A stretch of 64,000 bases of DNA from Candidatus Hydrogenedentota bacterium (GTDB lineage Bacteria > Hydrogenedentota > Hydrogenedentia > Hydrogenedentales > SLHB01). Position 1 is the first letter of the stretch. The number at the start of each line of letters is the position of its first letter. A program made the translations under genes and the position numbers. Location of the stretch: assembly GCA_045863335.1 (NCBI GenBank), contig BTVY01000001.1, positions 1 to 64,000 on the forward strand, read 5' to 3'. Below the pieces are notes generated by a model that worked only from the letters and a program-made list of their open reading frames with translations, was not told the DNA's origin and ran no database searches. This document shows positions 47,282 through 57,495 of the stretch, one piece after another.

Positions 47282-49822
47282 TCAATCGTCGTCCACCGGA
47301 AATACGAAGGCCGCGCGCACAGGCGCGGGCATGGGGCTGTCCGCGCCCTTTATGGAACGCCACACGATCTCGTTGAACACGAGATCGTCTGCCGCGTCTT
47401 CTTTCTCGAAGTTGAGTTGGGCGGACAGGTCCGAACCCCAGTCGTCCGCGCTGTTGCGGACGGTGCGCAATTCCTCCGGTACGGGCCGGCATTGGTACGG
47501 CGTGAGGTCAGACTCGTGCCGGAACGTGTTGTACATGGGCAAAGCCCCCGCGTCGTACTGGCTCATGGGTTGAAGCCCGAGAATCAATTCCATCGTCCGC
47601 AGCATGCTCGCGGTGGAGTACATGGTGCGGTCCAGACCCCGCCCGCGGGTGTACGGGCTCACCACCATCGCGACCGTCCGGTGCGCGTCGATGTGATCGG
47701 GTCCGTTCTGCGCGTCGTCCTGCACGACGAAGATCGCGGTTTCCGGCCACACGGAGCTTGCGCTGACCGCCTCGACGATCATGCCGAGGGCGAGATCGTT
47801 GTCCGCAACCATGGACCGGGGTGACAGACTGCCCTCCTTCGTGCCGGCGGTGTGATCGTTAGGCAATCGCACGATCATGAATTGGGGCAGCGCGTCCTCC
47901 CCGAGCATGCGATTGAACTCCGAGATGAATCGCGCGGCGCGATCCACATCCAGGTAGTCGAGATCCCAGCCGTTGTAGAAGGGATCGAAATGCCCTTCCA
48001 GCGTCTCCACCGGCGTCGTCGCAGGCTCAAGATGCGCATCCGGATCGCCCGTGGCAATAGTGCCGGTCTGTTCCTGTCCGGCTTCGGGAGTCTTCGGTTC
48101 TGGATTTCCCACGAACTCGCCGAAGCTGAAGTACGACACGCCCGCCTCGCGGCACTTGTCCCAGATGTATCCCGACTCCGGGTACGCGATGGGCCAGCGC
48201 CCCTCCGACGGATAGGTCAGCCCGTGGCCGCCGTAGGAGCTGGGCCACGTCTTCTGGACGAAATCGGTGGCGTACGCGCCGGTGGTCCATTCATGACCGT
48301 CCGCGCTCACCTGCGATTCCACGTAGAAGTTGTCCAGCAGCACGTACTCCCGCGCCAGCGCGTGGTGGTTCGGCGTGAACTTTTCCGGGAAGAGACACAA
48401 ATCCGGGTCGCCGCGACCCTCCGGCATGTCGCCGAAAATCTGATCGTAGGTTCGGTTTTCTTTGATGATGTAGATACAGTGTTTGACAGGCGAGGGATCG
48501 CCCACCTTCGCGGGAATGGGGTTTCCTGAGGTGGGTTCCGCAACCGGCTGCTTGTCCTCCCGGTATGGAGAGCAGCGGCGTACTCGCGCCGTCAATTCGG
48601 GCAACACGTCGTTTGGCGGCATAGGAATGATCGACAGCGTTCCCGGCGTCATCACCTTGGCATGTTGTTCGTAGGTCCTTCGCGTGTCGTCACGCATGTA
48701 CGGATTCGGACCGCGTGGATTGGCGTTGGAGGAGAAACCCTTGCCGTTGGCGACGTAGATGGTCTTTCCGTCGGCGGATACGCGGACGGACGTGGGATAC
48801 CACCCAACCGGAATGGCGCCCAGCGCGCGCGAGCGTCCGGGCTCCTCAACTCCAAAAACCGCAACCGAGTTATTGTCCGCGTTGGCGATGAACAGGAGTT
48901 CGCCATTCGGCGACAGGGCGAGCGCGTTTGGCGTGCTGCCTTCCAACGCATCGGGATACAGCGCCGTGTTCAGCGTTTCCGTGACCTGCATGGCCGCCGT
49001 GTCGATGGCCGATACGGTGTTCACGTTCGCATTCGCCACGAAGAGCCGTGACCCGTCCGCGGAAAGCAACAATTCATTCGGGTGTTCGCCGGTTTCCACC
49101 AACACAGGCTCGCCGATCCCCTCGCCTTCCAGCGGTATCATGGCGACCTTGGCCTGTCCCCAGAGGCTGACGTATAGGCGCGAACCGTCCGGCGAAAACG
49201 CGCAATCATAGGGCCTGGATTCCGTGCCGAAATCGCGCCGCCACCGCTGAACGCCGGTCTCGGCATTCCACACGCCGACCGCGTTGCCCCAGGTTTCCGT
49301 GACGGCGAGCCATGTGCCGTCGGGACTCACCTGGATGCCGCAGGGAACGTGCTGCTCCTTCACGGGCGCGATCGAGAAGCTCCCCGGATTGGATAAGTAC
49401 CCATCGTCGAAGTCAAAGGAGTGAATGACCTCGTCTTCGCCACCGCTCACGTACAACCGCGACCCGTCGGGCGAAAACGCGAGGCCGTAATACACGTTCG
49501 GCAACACCACGCGACTGACGAGCCGATTTCCACTCGTGCGGAAGACCATCAGTTCGTGCTCGCCCGCGCCGCAGTGGGCGACGACAAGATACTGCCCATC
49601 GGGAGTCAACCGCATGTTCATCGGGAACTGCCCCAAAGGCCGGTCGTCCCCTACCGGGTCCAGGTACCATTGATTCGGCAACAGGATACGGTTCGGCGCA
49701 ACCTCTCCTGTTCGCGCCGGTGTCTCTTGCGCCCCCGCGACAATTCCGAGCATTGAACAGACGATTGCGACCCGTATAACGAAGCGATTTCCGGCAGGCG
49801 AAAAAAGAACATGGTGTGGCAT
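47282..49822 (-). CDS. Secreted YncE beta-propeller + phosphoesterase/alkaline-phosphatase-like protein
   Basis: Repeated SPDG..LYV blades; IIKENRTYDQ, SADGHEW, LPNDHT, DDAQNGPDHIDAHR. Confidence 0.88.
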   Translation of the reverse strand: MPHHVLFSPAGNRFVIRVAIVCSMLGIVAGAQETPARTGEVAPNRILLPNQWYLDPVGDDRPLGQFPMNMRLTPDGQYLVVAHCGAGEHELMVFRTSGNRLVSRVVLPNVYYGLAFSPDGSRLYVSGGEDEVIHSFDFDDGYLSNPGSFSIAPVKEQHVPCGIQVSPDGTWLAVTETWGNAVGVWNAETGVQRWRRDFGTESRPYDCAFSPDGSRLYVSLWGQAKVAMIPLEGEGIGEPVLVETGEHPNELLLSADGSRLFVANANVNTVSAIDTAAMQVTETLNTALYPDALEGSTPNALALSPNGELLFIANADNNSVAVFGVEEPGRSRALGAIPVGWYPTSVRVSADGKTIYVANGKGFSSNANPRGPNPYMRDDTRRTYEQHAKVMTPGTLSIIPMPPNDVLPELTARVRRCSPYREDKQPVAEPTSGNPIPAKVGDPSPVKHCIYIIKENRTYDQIFGDMPEGRGDPDLCLFPEKFTPNHHALAREYVLLDNFYVESQVSADGHEWTTGAYATDFVQKTWPSSYGGHGLTYPSEGRWPIAYPESGYIWDKCREAGVSYFSFGEFVGNPEPKTPEAGQEQTGTIATGDPDAHLEPATTPVETLEGHFDPFYNGWDLDYLDVDRAARFISEFNRMLGEDALPQFMIVRLPNDHTAGTKEGSLSPRSMVADNDLALGMIVEAVSASSVWPETAIFVVQDDAQNGPDHIDAHRTVAMVVSPYTRGRGLDRTMYSTASMLRTMELILGLQPMSQYDAGALPMYNTFRHESDLTPYQCRPVPEELRTVRNSADDWGSDLSAQLNFEKEDAADDLVFNEIVWRSIKGADSPMPAPVRAAFVFPVDDD

Positions 49823-49919
49823 CGTGTAACTCCCCGCGATGGATTAACTACAGGACGCAGCATGCGGAAATGGTATGGCGGATGCAACAGGTGCGTAAAC
49901 TTGATGGGCGATGCGAACG

Positions 49920-51932
49920 TTACAGAATCCCCAAGATCGACAGGATAATTCTCAACAATGGCCAACGCACCGTTGTCGAACCCTCTTTTTCAGGATCCGA
50001 CGTTTGGGGAGGCTCGGGGTCTAACAGCGTGACGGACCCGTCGCTATCGTCAAATACGCCGGGATCGTCTTTCGACAGGACGCGAATGGAATACCCGCCT
50101 CCGGGTTCTAGTGCGGAATCGATATTCCACCGCGCTTTGCCATCGTTCTTGGTGCCTTTTTTGATGACCTGCACGAAATTGCCGTTGCGCCAGAGTTCGA
50201 TTCGAATCTTTCCTGCGATACCCACGGACGTCCACCGGATTCCGCGACGGCCCCCCAGCGGCCAGCTCTTCGCTCCATCCGGGCGCGTGACGGTGATCTC
50301 GGGAACAATCATTGGATTGAGATACGCCGCCATGAGCGGATAGCTCACGTCGAACCGGCCGTAGTAGTCCAGGTTCGTAGTAGCCGAACAGGAACCCGGC
50401 CCGCCCCAGAGCTGACCAATAATCTGTTGCGTGGATTCGATCATGAGCGGACTTCCCGAGGAGCCCGGCTCGGTCGTGCCCAAAGTCCAACTCGACTGGT
50501 AGTACCGTTCCGCCGGCCGGGTGTCCCGAAGAGACTCGGCCACGTCCGTGACGATTCCGAAGGTGATCCGTTTGAAATCGATGGAGGGATGATGAATGCA
50601 CGTGGTGGTCGTTCCGAGCGCCGTGGGCGAGGAGTTCCACCCCAGATACGTCAAACCCGCCGGGGGACTGTTGTTCAGACGCAGCAGCGTGAAATCGGTC
50701 CCCGCGCTGGCCGTACTGGTTGCGAGCAGTTGAGCCCCGCCCGTGGTTCTCGGCACGGTAGAGGGACTCGGCGGCACGCCATTGCAGGTGGACGTCTGAT
50801 AGAGCCAATAGAACTCGAGCGTCGACGCCAACGAACTGGAGGAAACGCAATGGTTGGCCGTCAACAGGTAGGGCACCTCGGAAGTCGCGTCGGTGTCGGC
50901 GATCAACGCACCGGAGCAGAAGAAGCTGCCGCCGATGCTGACGGTACCGACGCCGCCCACGCCTTTCGCCGTGTCGGCCCAGGCGGGATAACAGGACACA
51001 TCCTTATTGCAGGAACCCGCTGCCTTCAGGCCCGCATATTCGGAAAAGGGAATGTAATTGTGCACGACGCGATCGAGGGAGATGTGTACCGATTCACGAT
51101 CCACACCGGCGGGCACGTAACACTCGACGACCACCGTATCCGTGAAACAGGTCGCGCTCCAGAAGTCGTCGGCGCTTGCGCTAGACTCCGGATAGGGGCC
51201 GTAAACTTCGGCGGGCTCGTTGGCATCGTATACGACCAACTCCGCGCCGGCGGGAAGGTCGATGTCTGCAAAATGTACGCGCATGCCGAGGGCTTCAGGA
51301 GAGAAGAGCGCAATAGACCAAAGATGCCCGCCGCCGGGGACAGACTGCCAGAAGCCGTGCGACACGGACTCACCATGCACGTTCACCGGTTCATCGATTT
51401 CCTGCACGACGCCAATCCGCATCGCGCCTTTGCCTTGTTCGGCGGCGCGGGCCATGTCTTCGGCAATGGCTGCGTCGACATCCACGTCCGGCAACACCGC
51501 CGCCCCGCTGATCGACAGGGCAAACTTCGGACCCACCGCGGCCGGCGCCGGGGCGATTCGCTTCTCATCGCGCTGAAGTAACTCCGCAGGCACCTCAGCA
51601 GGCGGAAGGTCCCACTGCTTGGGCTGAATTCCCAGCTGACCCAGTTCGGCGTCAGAGAGAACTGACCCGGCCTCGTCAAGGTACAGGTCGAAGGGTTCGC
51701 CACTGACCCGCGGCATCACCCGGTAGCCATGGATGTACCTATCCTCTTCCGACGGGGCGCGTTCCGACCAGGCCAACAGTATCTCGACATTGGAGGATCC
51801 GATTGCCGTTTCGAGATGGGACTCGAGCGCTTGCTGATGCAGCGCTTCGGGAGTGAGGCCCGGTTCTTCAGCCCGAAGGACTGCGAAACACGGGATCACG
51901 CAAAGAACGACCAGAAGGAACTGCCGAATCAT
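49920..51932 (-). CDS. Secreted S1 serine protease (lysyl endopeptidase-like) with C-terminal Ig-like domain
   Basis: Triad LLTANHC / DFTLLRL / TEPGSSGSP; long prodomain; C-terminal ITVTRPDG..IRWTS domain and hydrophobic tail. Confidence 0.88.
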   Translation of the reverse strand: MIRQFLLVVLCVIPCFAVLRAEEPGLTPEALHQQALESHLETAIGSSNVEILLAWSERAPSEEDRYIHGYRVMPRVSGEPFDLYLDEAGSVLSDAELGQLGIQPKQWDLPPAEVPAELLQRDEKRIAPAPAAVGPKFALSISGAAVLPDVDVDAAIAEDMARAAEQGKGAMRIGVVQEIDEPVNVHGESVSHGFWQSVPGGGHLWSIALFSPEALGMRVHFADIDLPAGAELVVYDANEPAEVYGPYPESSASADDFWSATCFTDTVVVECYVPAGVDRESVHISLDRVVHNYIPFSEYAGLKAAGSCNKDVSCYPAWADTAKGVGGVGTVSIGGSFFCSGALIADTDATSEVPYLLTANHCVSSSSLASTLEFYWLYQTSTCNGVPPSPSTVPRTTGGAQLLATSTASAGTDFTLLRLNNSPPAGLTYLGWNSSPTALGTTTTCIHHPSIDFKRITFGIVTDVAESLRDTRPAERYYQSSWTLGTTEPGSSGSPLMIESTQQIIGQLWGGPGSCSATTNLDYYGRFDVSYPLMAAYLNPMIVPEITVTRPDGAKSWPLGGRRGIRWTSVGIAGKIRIELWRNGNFVQVIKKGTKNDGKARWNIDSALEPGGGYSIRVLSKDDPGVFDDSDGSVTLLDPEPPQTSDPEKEGSTTVRWPLLRIILSILGIL

Positions 51933-52274
51933 GACTCAAGTATATCCATTGAACGCCGGCCTCTCGAACCACATTTGAGAATAGCACACACCGCGCCGCA
52001 GGGTACCCTTTCCACGCATCTAATAACACCACAACGGCTTAGCACACAACAACCCGCCCCCCGATCTTTCGGCGAATCGAATCAACTATTCTACAATTCA
52101 GGCAAACCCGCGTTTCGAACGGGTGAAATTCCACGCGTTTTCTTGAATCAAAACCGCCGTTCTGCTACGTTCATACGGTGTGTGCACAGGGGGTATTCGC
52201 GCAGCAACACCCTTCCCGGACGTGCAAACCGATCCCACCGCCGCACGCTGCATTGCTGAGAAAGGAGCGATCCC

Positions 52275-53108
52275 TTGTCCGAAGGTACCGATATCTACGA
52301 TCTCAAAGGTAAAGTGGCCGTCATCACGGGAGGCGGAGGCGCGTTAGGCAGCTCCATTGCCTGCGGGTTTGCCCGGGCAGGCGCGGAGTGTGCCGTAACG
52401 AACGTGACGCTGGACAAGGCGGAATACGTCTCGGCCCAGCTCGCGGAAGCCTGCGGACACGCCAAGGGGTACGAACTGGACGCCATGAAGGAAGGTGCCG
52501 TCGAGGATCTTTCCGAGGAGATCTTCAAGGAGTTCGGCCACGTCGATATCCTCGTGAATTGCGTGGGCGGTAATCTCAAGGAGGCCACCACGGCCCCCGA
52601 CAAGACCTTCTTCGACCTGGACCTCGACGCCATTCAGAAGGTCATGGACCTCAATTTCTTCTCGTCGGTGGTGAAACCCTGCCAGGTCTTCGGCAAACGC
52701 ATGCTGGACAACGAGCACGGCGGTTCGATCATCAATATTTCGTCCATGGCGGCCATTCGGCCACTGACTCGTATCGTCGGGTACAGCGCGGCCAAGGGCG
52801 CGGTGAACAATTTCACCCAATGGCTGGCGGTGCATCTCGCGAAGGATTGCGGCAAGAAGATCCGCGTGAATGCCATCGCGCCGGGGTTCTTCCTGACCGC
52901 GCAGAATCAGTTCCTGCTAACCAACGACCGCACCGGCGAGTTGACGGAACGCGGACAGGCCATCATCGACCACACACCCATGGGCGATTTCGGCGTCGGT
53001 GAAGACCTCATCGGCGCGGCGCTTTGGCTCGCGTCGGACTCGTCCCGCTTCGTCACGGGCACGGTGATTCCCGTGGACGGGGGCTTCTCCGCGTTCGCCG
53101 GGGTGTAG
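52275..53108 (+). CDS. SDR oxidoreductase, D-mannonate/fructuronate reductase-like
   Basis: TGGGGALG, YSAAK, RPLTRIVGY, NAIAPGFF..LTERG..PVDGGFSA. Confidence 0.82.
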   Translation: MSEGTDIYDLKGKVAVITGGGGALGSSIACGFARAGAECAVTNVTLDKAEYVSAQLAEACGHAKGYELDAMKEGAVEDLSEEIFKEFGHVDILVNCVGGNLKEATTAPDKTFFDLDLDAIQKVMDLNFFSSVVKPCQVFGKRMLDNEHGGSIINISSMAAIRPLTRIVGYSAAKGAVNNFTQWLAVHLAKDCGKKIRVNAIAPGFFLTAQNQFLLTNDRTGELTERGQAIIDHTPMGDFGVGEDLIGAALWLASDSSRFVTGTVIPVDGGFSAFAGV

Positions 53109-53188
53109 CAACGGGAGTGACCCCTTCCCGCGTATTTTGAAAAGCAGTACGGGTCTTATTGAGATACGAACAGAACAGAAATACTCAG

Positions 53189-53354
53189 AAGAACATCCCC
53201 CTTGATCCCCCTTCAAAGGGGGAATTCCGCACAACGCTTCGCGTTGTGAATGGTAGGGGCCAAGCCGCTGGCTCGGCGCAGATTGCGTCGAATATCGCGG
53301 AGGCTATGGCTATACAGATTCCCCCTTTGAAGGGGGATCAAGGGGGATGTTCTT
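53189..53354 (+). mobile_element. MITE/REPIN-like element (about 166 bp, 37-bp terminal inverted repeats), copy A
   Basis: aagaacatcccccttgatcccccttcaaagggggaat ... attccccctttgaagggggatcaagggggatgttctt. Confidence 0.8.
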
Positions 53355-53436
53355 GTGACAGATACGCGTTTCACAAAGCGCATTCTCGATATACAGATGT
53401 GTACGAAGAAGACGATCAGCGGAAAGGCATTCGATC

Positions 53437-54327
53437 ATGAGCGATCCGGTTGCAGCACTGAAGAACCACAAACCGAACCACGAATTCCTCATCGCCATCG
53501 ACTCCGATGGCTGCGCCTTCGATACGATGGAGGTGAAACACAAGGAATGTTTCATTCCGAACATCGTGAAGTTCTGGGATCTGCAGCCCATCTCCAAGTT
53601 CGCCCGCGCGGCGGCGGAGTTCGTCAATCTCTATTCCAAGTGGCGCGGCGTGAATCGCTTTCCGGCGCTGCTGCTCACCTTCGATCTGCTCGCGGACTGG
53701 GACAAGGTCCAGGAGCGCGGATGGAAGGCGCCGGACATTCCCAACTTCAAGAAATGGATCCAAACCGAGACGAAGCTCGGCAACCCCGCGCTGGAAGCCT
53801 ACTGCAAGGAGCACAATCAACCAGATCTCAAGCGCGGGCTCGAGTGGAGCAAGGCCGTTAACGTTTCGGTAGCCGATATCGTCAAGGATGGACTGCCACC
53901 GTTCCCGCACGTGCGTGAATCGCTGGAGAAAGCGCACGACCGCGCGGATATGCTGGTCTGCTCCCAAACGCCCACCGAGGCCCTCACCCGCGAATGGGCG
54001 GAGCAGGGAATCGCCCAGTTCGTCTTTGCCATCGCGGGACAGGAAATGGGCAAGAAGTCCGAGCATATTGCCTTCGCTGCCGACGGCCGCTATGAAAAAG
54101 AAAAAATGCTCATGATTGGTGACGCGCCCGGCGACTACAAGGCCGCGCGCGACAACGGCGCGCTCTTCTTCCCCATCAACCCGGGCGAAGAAGAGGTCTC
54201 GTGGCAGCGGCTCCACGACGAAGCCCTCGACAAGTTCTTCAACGGCACCTACGCCGGCTCCTACGAAGAAGCGCTCATCAAGGAGTTCGATTCCTATCTG
54301 CCCGACACGCCGCCCTGGAAGTCGTAG
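53437..54327 (+). CDS. HAD-superfamily hydrolase
   Basis: Motif I IDSDGCAFD, motif IV MIGDAPGD. Confidence 0.85.
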   Translation: MSDPVAALKNHKPNHEFLIAIDSDGCAFDTMEVKHKECFIPNIVKFWDLQPISKFARAAAEFVNLYSKWRGVNRFPALLLTFDLLADWDKVQERGWKAPDIPNFKKWIQTETKLGNPALEAYCKEHNQPDLKRGLEWSKAVNVSVADIVKDGLPPFPHVRESLEKAHDRADMLVCSQTPTEALTREWAEQGIAQFVFAIAGQEMGKKSEHIAFAADGRYEKEKMLMIGDAPGDYKAARDNGALFFPINPGEEEVSWQRLHDEALDKFFNGTYAGSYEEALIKEFDSYLPDTPPWKS

Positions 54328-54363
54328 GTGAGTGTTTCCATGATTGAGCGCTTGACAAACTCG

Positions 54364-54530
54364 AAGAACATCCCCCTTTATCCCCCTTCAAAGGGGGAAT
54401 CTTGCGTATCCATAGCTGTCGATGTATGCGGCGCGACCTGCGCCGCCCCCCGGACTTACCCCCTCTCCGTCACAACGCGAAGCGTTGTGCGACATTCCCC
54501 CTTTGAAGGGGGATCAAGGGGGATGTTCTT
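54364..54530 (-). mobile_element. MITE/REPIN-like element, copy B (inverted relative to copy A)
   Basis: Same TIRs (one mismatch); the reverse complement shares internal gcacaacgcttcgcgttgtga and gctatgg with copy A. Confidence 0.8.
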
Positions 54531-54584
54531 TTGCATCGCAAGAGACACCCGTTCTCCGTTGATTCGCAGCAGGCCGCGACACGT

Positions 54585-55727
54585 ATGAAAATCATCGCTG
54601 ACGAAAATATTCCGTATGCGCGGGAGGCTTTTGGGCTGCTTGGGGACGTGACGACTGCGCCGGGGCGGAGTATGACGTCCGACCTCTTGCGCGACGCCGA
54701 TCTCCTCTTCGTGCGCTCCATCACCAAGGTCAACGCCGCGCTGCTGGACGGCACCCGCGTGCAGTTCGTGGGAACCGCGACGATTGGCGAAGACCACGTA
54801 GACAAAGCGTACCTCACCGAGCGCGGGATCGGCTTCTCGAGCGCGCCGGGCTGCAACGCGAACAGCGTCGGCGAATACATCGCCGCGGCGTTGCTGGTCC
54901 TGGCGGAAACTCGTGGATTCAAGCTCACGGATCGCAAGCTCGGAATCATCGGGCACGGCAACGTGGGCAAACGGGTCGAGCAGAAGGCGCGCGCCCTGGG
55001 GATGGAATGCGTGCTCAACGATCCCCCCTTGGCGCGACAGACGGGTGACGCGAAGTACCGGCCCCTCGACGAGATCTTCGAGTGTCAGATCATTACGGCG
55101 CACGTGCCGTTGACGAAGGCCGGCGAAGATGCCACCTACCATCTGCTCAATGAAGCTTTCTTCAACCGGGTCAAGACCGGCACGATCATTATCAATACGT
55201 CCCGTGGCTCCGTCGCCGATGGTCAAGCACTGCGCGCGGCATTGGAGTCCGGCAAGGTCGGGGCCTGCGTCCTCGACGTGTGGGAAGGCGAGCCGAATAT
55301 CGATCTTAACCTGCTGGCCAATCTGGCGTTGGCGACGCCGCACATCGCGGGTTACTCTTTTGACGGCAAGGTGAACGGGACGCGGCAGGTGTATGAAGCC
55401 GCATGCCGCCATCTCGGCATGACGCCTTCGTGGGACCCAGCCCCCCATCTGCCGGAGCCGGATTGTCCCGAGATCGAGGTCGACGGCGCACTCCCCCCGC
55501 AGCGGGCATTGCTGAACGCGGTTTCCGCCGTGTATGCCATTCGGGAGGACGATCGGGCGATGCGTGCTATCATTCACAAATCGACCGAGCAGCGCGCCGC
55601 CTATTTCGACCAACTGCGCAAGGAATACCCGCAACGGCGGGAATTTCACAATACACGCGCAGCGGTCCAACCCGAGAACGCAGCAATCGCGCAGACGCTT
55701 TCGGGTCTGGGATTCCAGATGGCTTGA
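54585..55727 (+). CDS. pdxB: 4-phosphoerythronate dehydrogenase
   Basis: MKIIADENIP, FVGTATIGEDHVD, APGCNA, LDVWEGEP, TPHIAGYS, FDQLRKEYPQRRE. Confidence 0.92.
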   Translation: MKIIADENIPYAREAFGLLGDVTTAPGRSMTSDLLRDADLLFVRSITKVNAALLDGTRVQFVGTATIGEDHVDKAYLTERGIGFSSAPGCNANSVGEYIAAALLVLAETRGFKLTDRKLGIIGHGNVGKRVEQKARALGMECVLNDPPLARQTGDAKYRPLDEIFECQIITAHVPLTKAGEDATYHLLNEAFFNRVKTGTIIINTSRGSVADGQALRAALESGKVGACVLDVWEGEPNIDLNLLANLALATPHIAGYSFDGKVNGTRQVYEAACRHLGMTPSWDPAPHLPEPDCPEIEVDGALPPQRALLNAVSAVYAIREDDRAMRAIIHKSTEQRAAYFDQLRKEYPQRREFHNTRAAVQPENAAIAQTLSGLGFQMA

Positions 55728-55756
55728 CCGCCTGTTGAATTCCGCGGAGGTCTACG

Positions 55757-56125
55757 ATGCCCCGAGTGATCCATTTTGAGATGCATGTCAAGCGGCCCGA
55801 CCGGGCGGCCCGGTTCTACGCGGAAGCGTTTGGCTGGCTGACGCACCCCTGCGGCGGGCCGGATGACTATTGGGTCCTCAGCACGGGCCCCGACTCGGAA
55901 GCGGGGATCGACGGCGGTGTGATGCGCGCCCGTGATAACGCGCCGCGGATCGTCAATACGATAGCGGTCGAATCGATCGACGATTCCATTGAACGGATCG
56001 TTGCGAACGGCGGCGAGATCGTGGTCCCCAAGACGGCCGTGCCCGGCGTAGGGTACAATGCCTACTTCAAGGATACGGAAGGCAACTGCTTCGGCCTGCA
56101 CCAGTCAGACGCCGAAGCGGAATGA
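55757..56125 (+). CDS. VOC/glyoxalase family protein
   Basis: VIHFEM..FYAEAFGW..GIDGG..YFKDTEGNCFGL. Confidence 0.88.
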   Translation: MPRVIHFEMHVKRPDRAARFYAEAFGWLTHPCGGPDDYWVLSTGPDSEAGIDGGVMRARDNAPRIVNTIAVESIDDSIERIVANGGEIVVPKTAVPGVGYNAYFKDTEGNCFGLHQSDAEAE

Positions 56126-56144
56126 TGGACACGGTAAATTGACG

Positions 56145-57431
56145 ATGCTTAAACATGTGAATGACGCCGGGTATTTGACAGAGTCCGACCTGCGGGGATT
56201 TGTCGCCCGCGCATTTGAGAAGGAACACGTCGAGGGTAAGCGCGTCCTGTTTGTCATCCCGGACGCGACGCGCAGCATGCCCATGCCCGCCATGTTCCGC
56301 GCCTTGCACGAGACCCTGTATCGACGGGTAGCCCGCATGGACTTCCTGATCGCGCTGGGTACGCATCCGCCCATGCCGGAAGCGGCGATCCACAAACTCG
56401 TGGGAATCACGCGCGAAGAGCGCGAAGGCAAGTTCCGTAATGTGGGCCTCTTCAACCACGAGTGGAAAAACAACCACGCCCTGATCAAGATCGGCACGCT
56501 GACGGAAGATATGCTCGCCGAAATCTCGGACGGCCTCCTGCGCGAGGAGGTCGACGTCACCATCAATAAGCGCATCTACGACTACGACCTCATTTGCATT
56601 CTCGGTCCTGTGTTCCCTCACGAAGTGGTGGGGTTCAGCGGGGGCAACAAGTATTTCTTCCCCGGCATCGCGGGCGCCGAAATCCTCAACGTGTTCCACT
56701 GGCTCGGCGCGCTCATCACAAACCCCATGATCAACGGCACGAAGTACACGCCCGTGCGAAAGGTCGTGGACACGGCCGCGTCCATGATTCACATCGAAAA
56801 GCGCTGCTTCTGCCTGAACGTTATGGGCAAGGACTGCAAAGGCATCTTCTATGGAACGCCGGAGGAGGCCTGGGACGCCGCTGCCGACCTGTCCGCGCAG
56901 ACGCACATCCGCTACATGGACAGGCCGTTCAAGAGCGTGCTCGCCATGGCGCCGGAGATGTACGACGAGATCTGGGTCGCGGGCAAGTGCATGTATAAGC
57001 TCGAACCGGTTGTTGCGGACGGCGGCGAACTGATCATCTACGGAGCGCACATCAAGGAAGTCAGCGTTACCCACGGCGAACTGATCAAGAAGATCGGCTA
57101 CCACACGCGCGACTATTTCCTCGCGCAGATGGACAAGTTCCAAGATATCCCCGGCGGCATCCTCGCCCACTCGACGCACGTGCGCGGCATCGGCGCCTAC
57201 GAAGATGGCGTGGAGAAGTGCCGCGTTCAGGTGACGCTCGCCACGTCCATTCCGGAAGACGAGTGTAAGGCCATCAACCTGGGCTACCGCAATCCCGCGT
57301 CCATCAACCCGGAAGAGTGGCGGAACCGTGAAGATGAAGGCCTGCTCCTGGTCGAACGCGCGGGCGAAGTGTTGTATCGATTGAAACAGGGAAATCCGGA
57401 ACCCCAGCGGCCCGCGACAATAAATCTATAA
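56145..57431 (+). CDS. LarA (lactate racemase) family protein, probably a sugar-acid 2-epimerase
   Basis: IPDATRS, ALGTHPPM, PHEVVGFSGGNK, AHSTHVRG. Confidence 0.85.
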   Translation: MLKHVNDAGYLTESDLRGFVARAFEKEHVEGKRVLFVIPDATRSMPMPAMFRALHETLYRRVARMDFLIALGTHPPMPEAAIHKLVGITREEREGKFRNVGLFNHEWKNNHALIKIGTLTEDMLAEISDGLLREEVDVTINKRIYDYDLICILGPVFPHEVVGFSGGNKYFFPGIAGAEILNVFHWLGALITNPMINGTKYTPVRKVVDTAASMIHIEKRCFCLNVMGKDCKGIFYGTPEEAWDAAADLSAQTHIRYMDRPFKSVLAMAPEMYDEIWVAGKCMYKLEPVVADGGELIIYGAHIKEVSVTHGELIKKIGYHTRDYFLAQMDKFQDIPGGILAHSTHVRGIGAYEDGVEKCRVQVTLATSIPEDECKAINLGYRNPASINPEEWRNREDEGLLLVERAGEVLYRLKQGNPEPQRPATINL

Positions 57432-57495
57432 CCGTTCGCGGTCGGGAACACCCGGCACCAAATAGACCGACTATGTAGAGAGGAGATCCAGGGGG

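Noticed and set aside
53159-53627. Small ORFs containing KNIPLDPPSKGE (also 54328..54588)
   Set aside because: They are translations of the MITE terminal repeats, not proteins.
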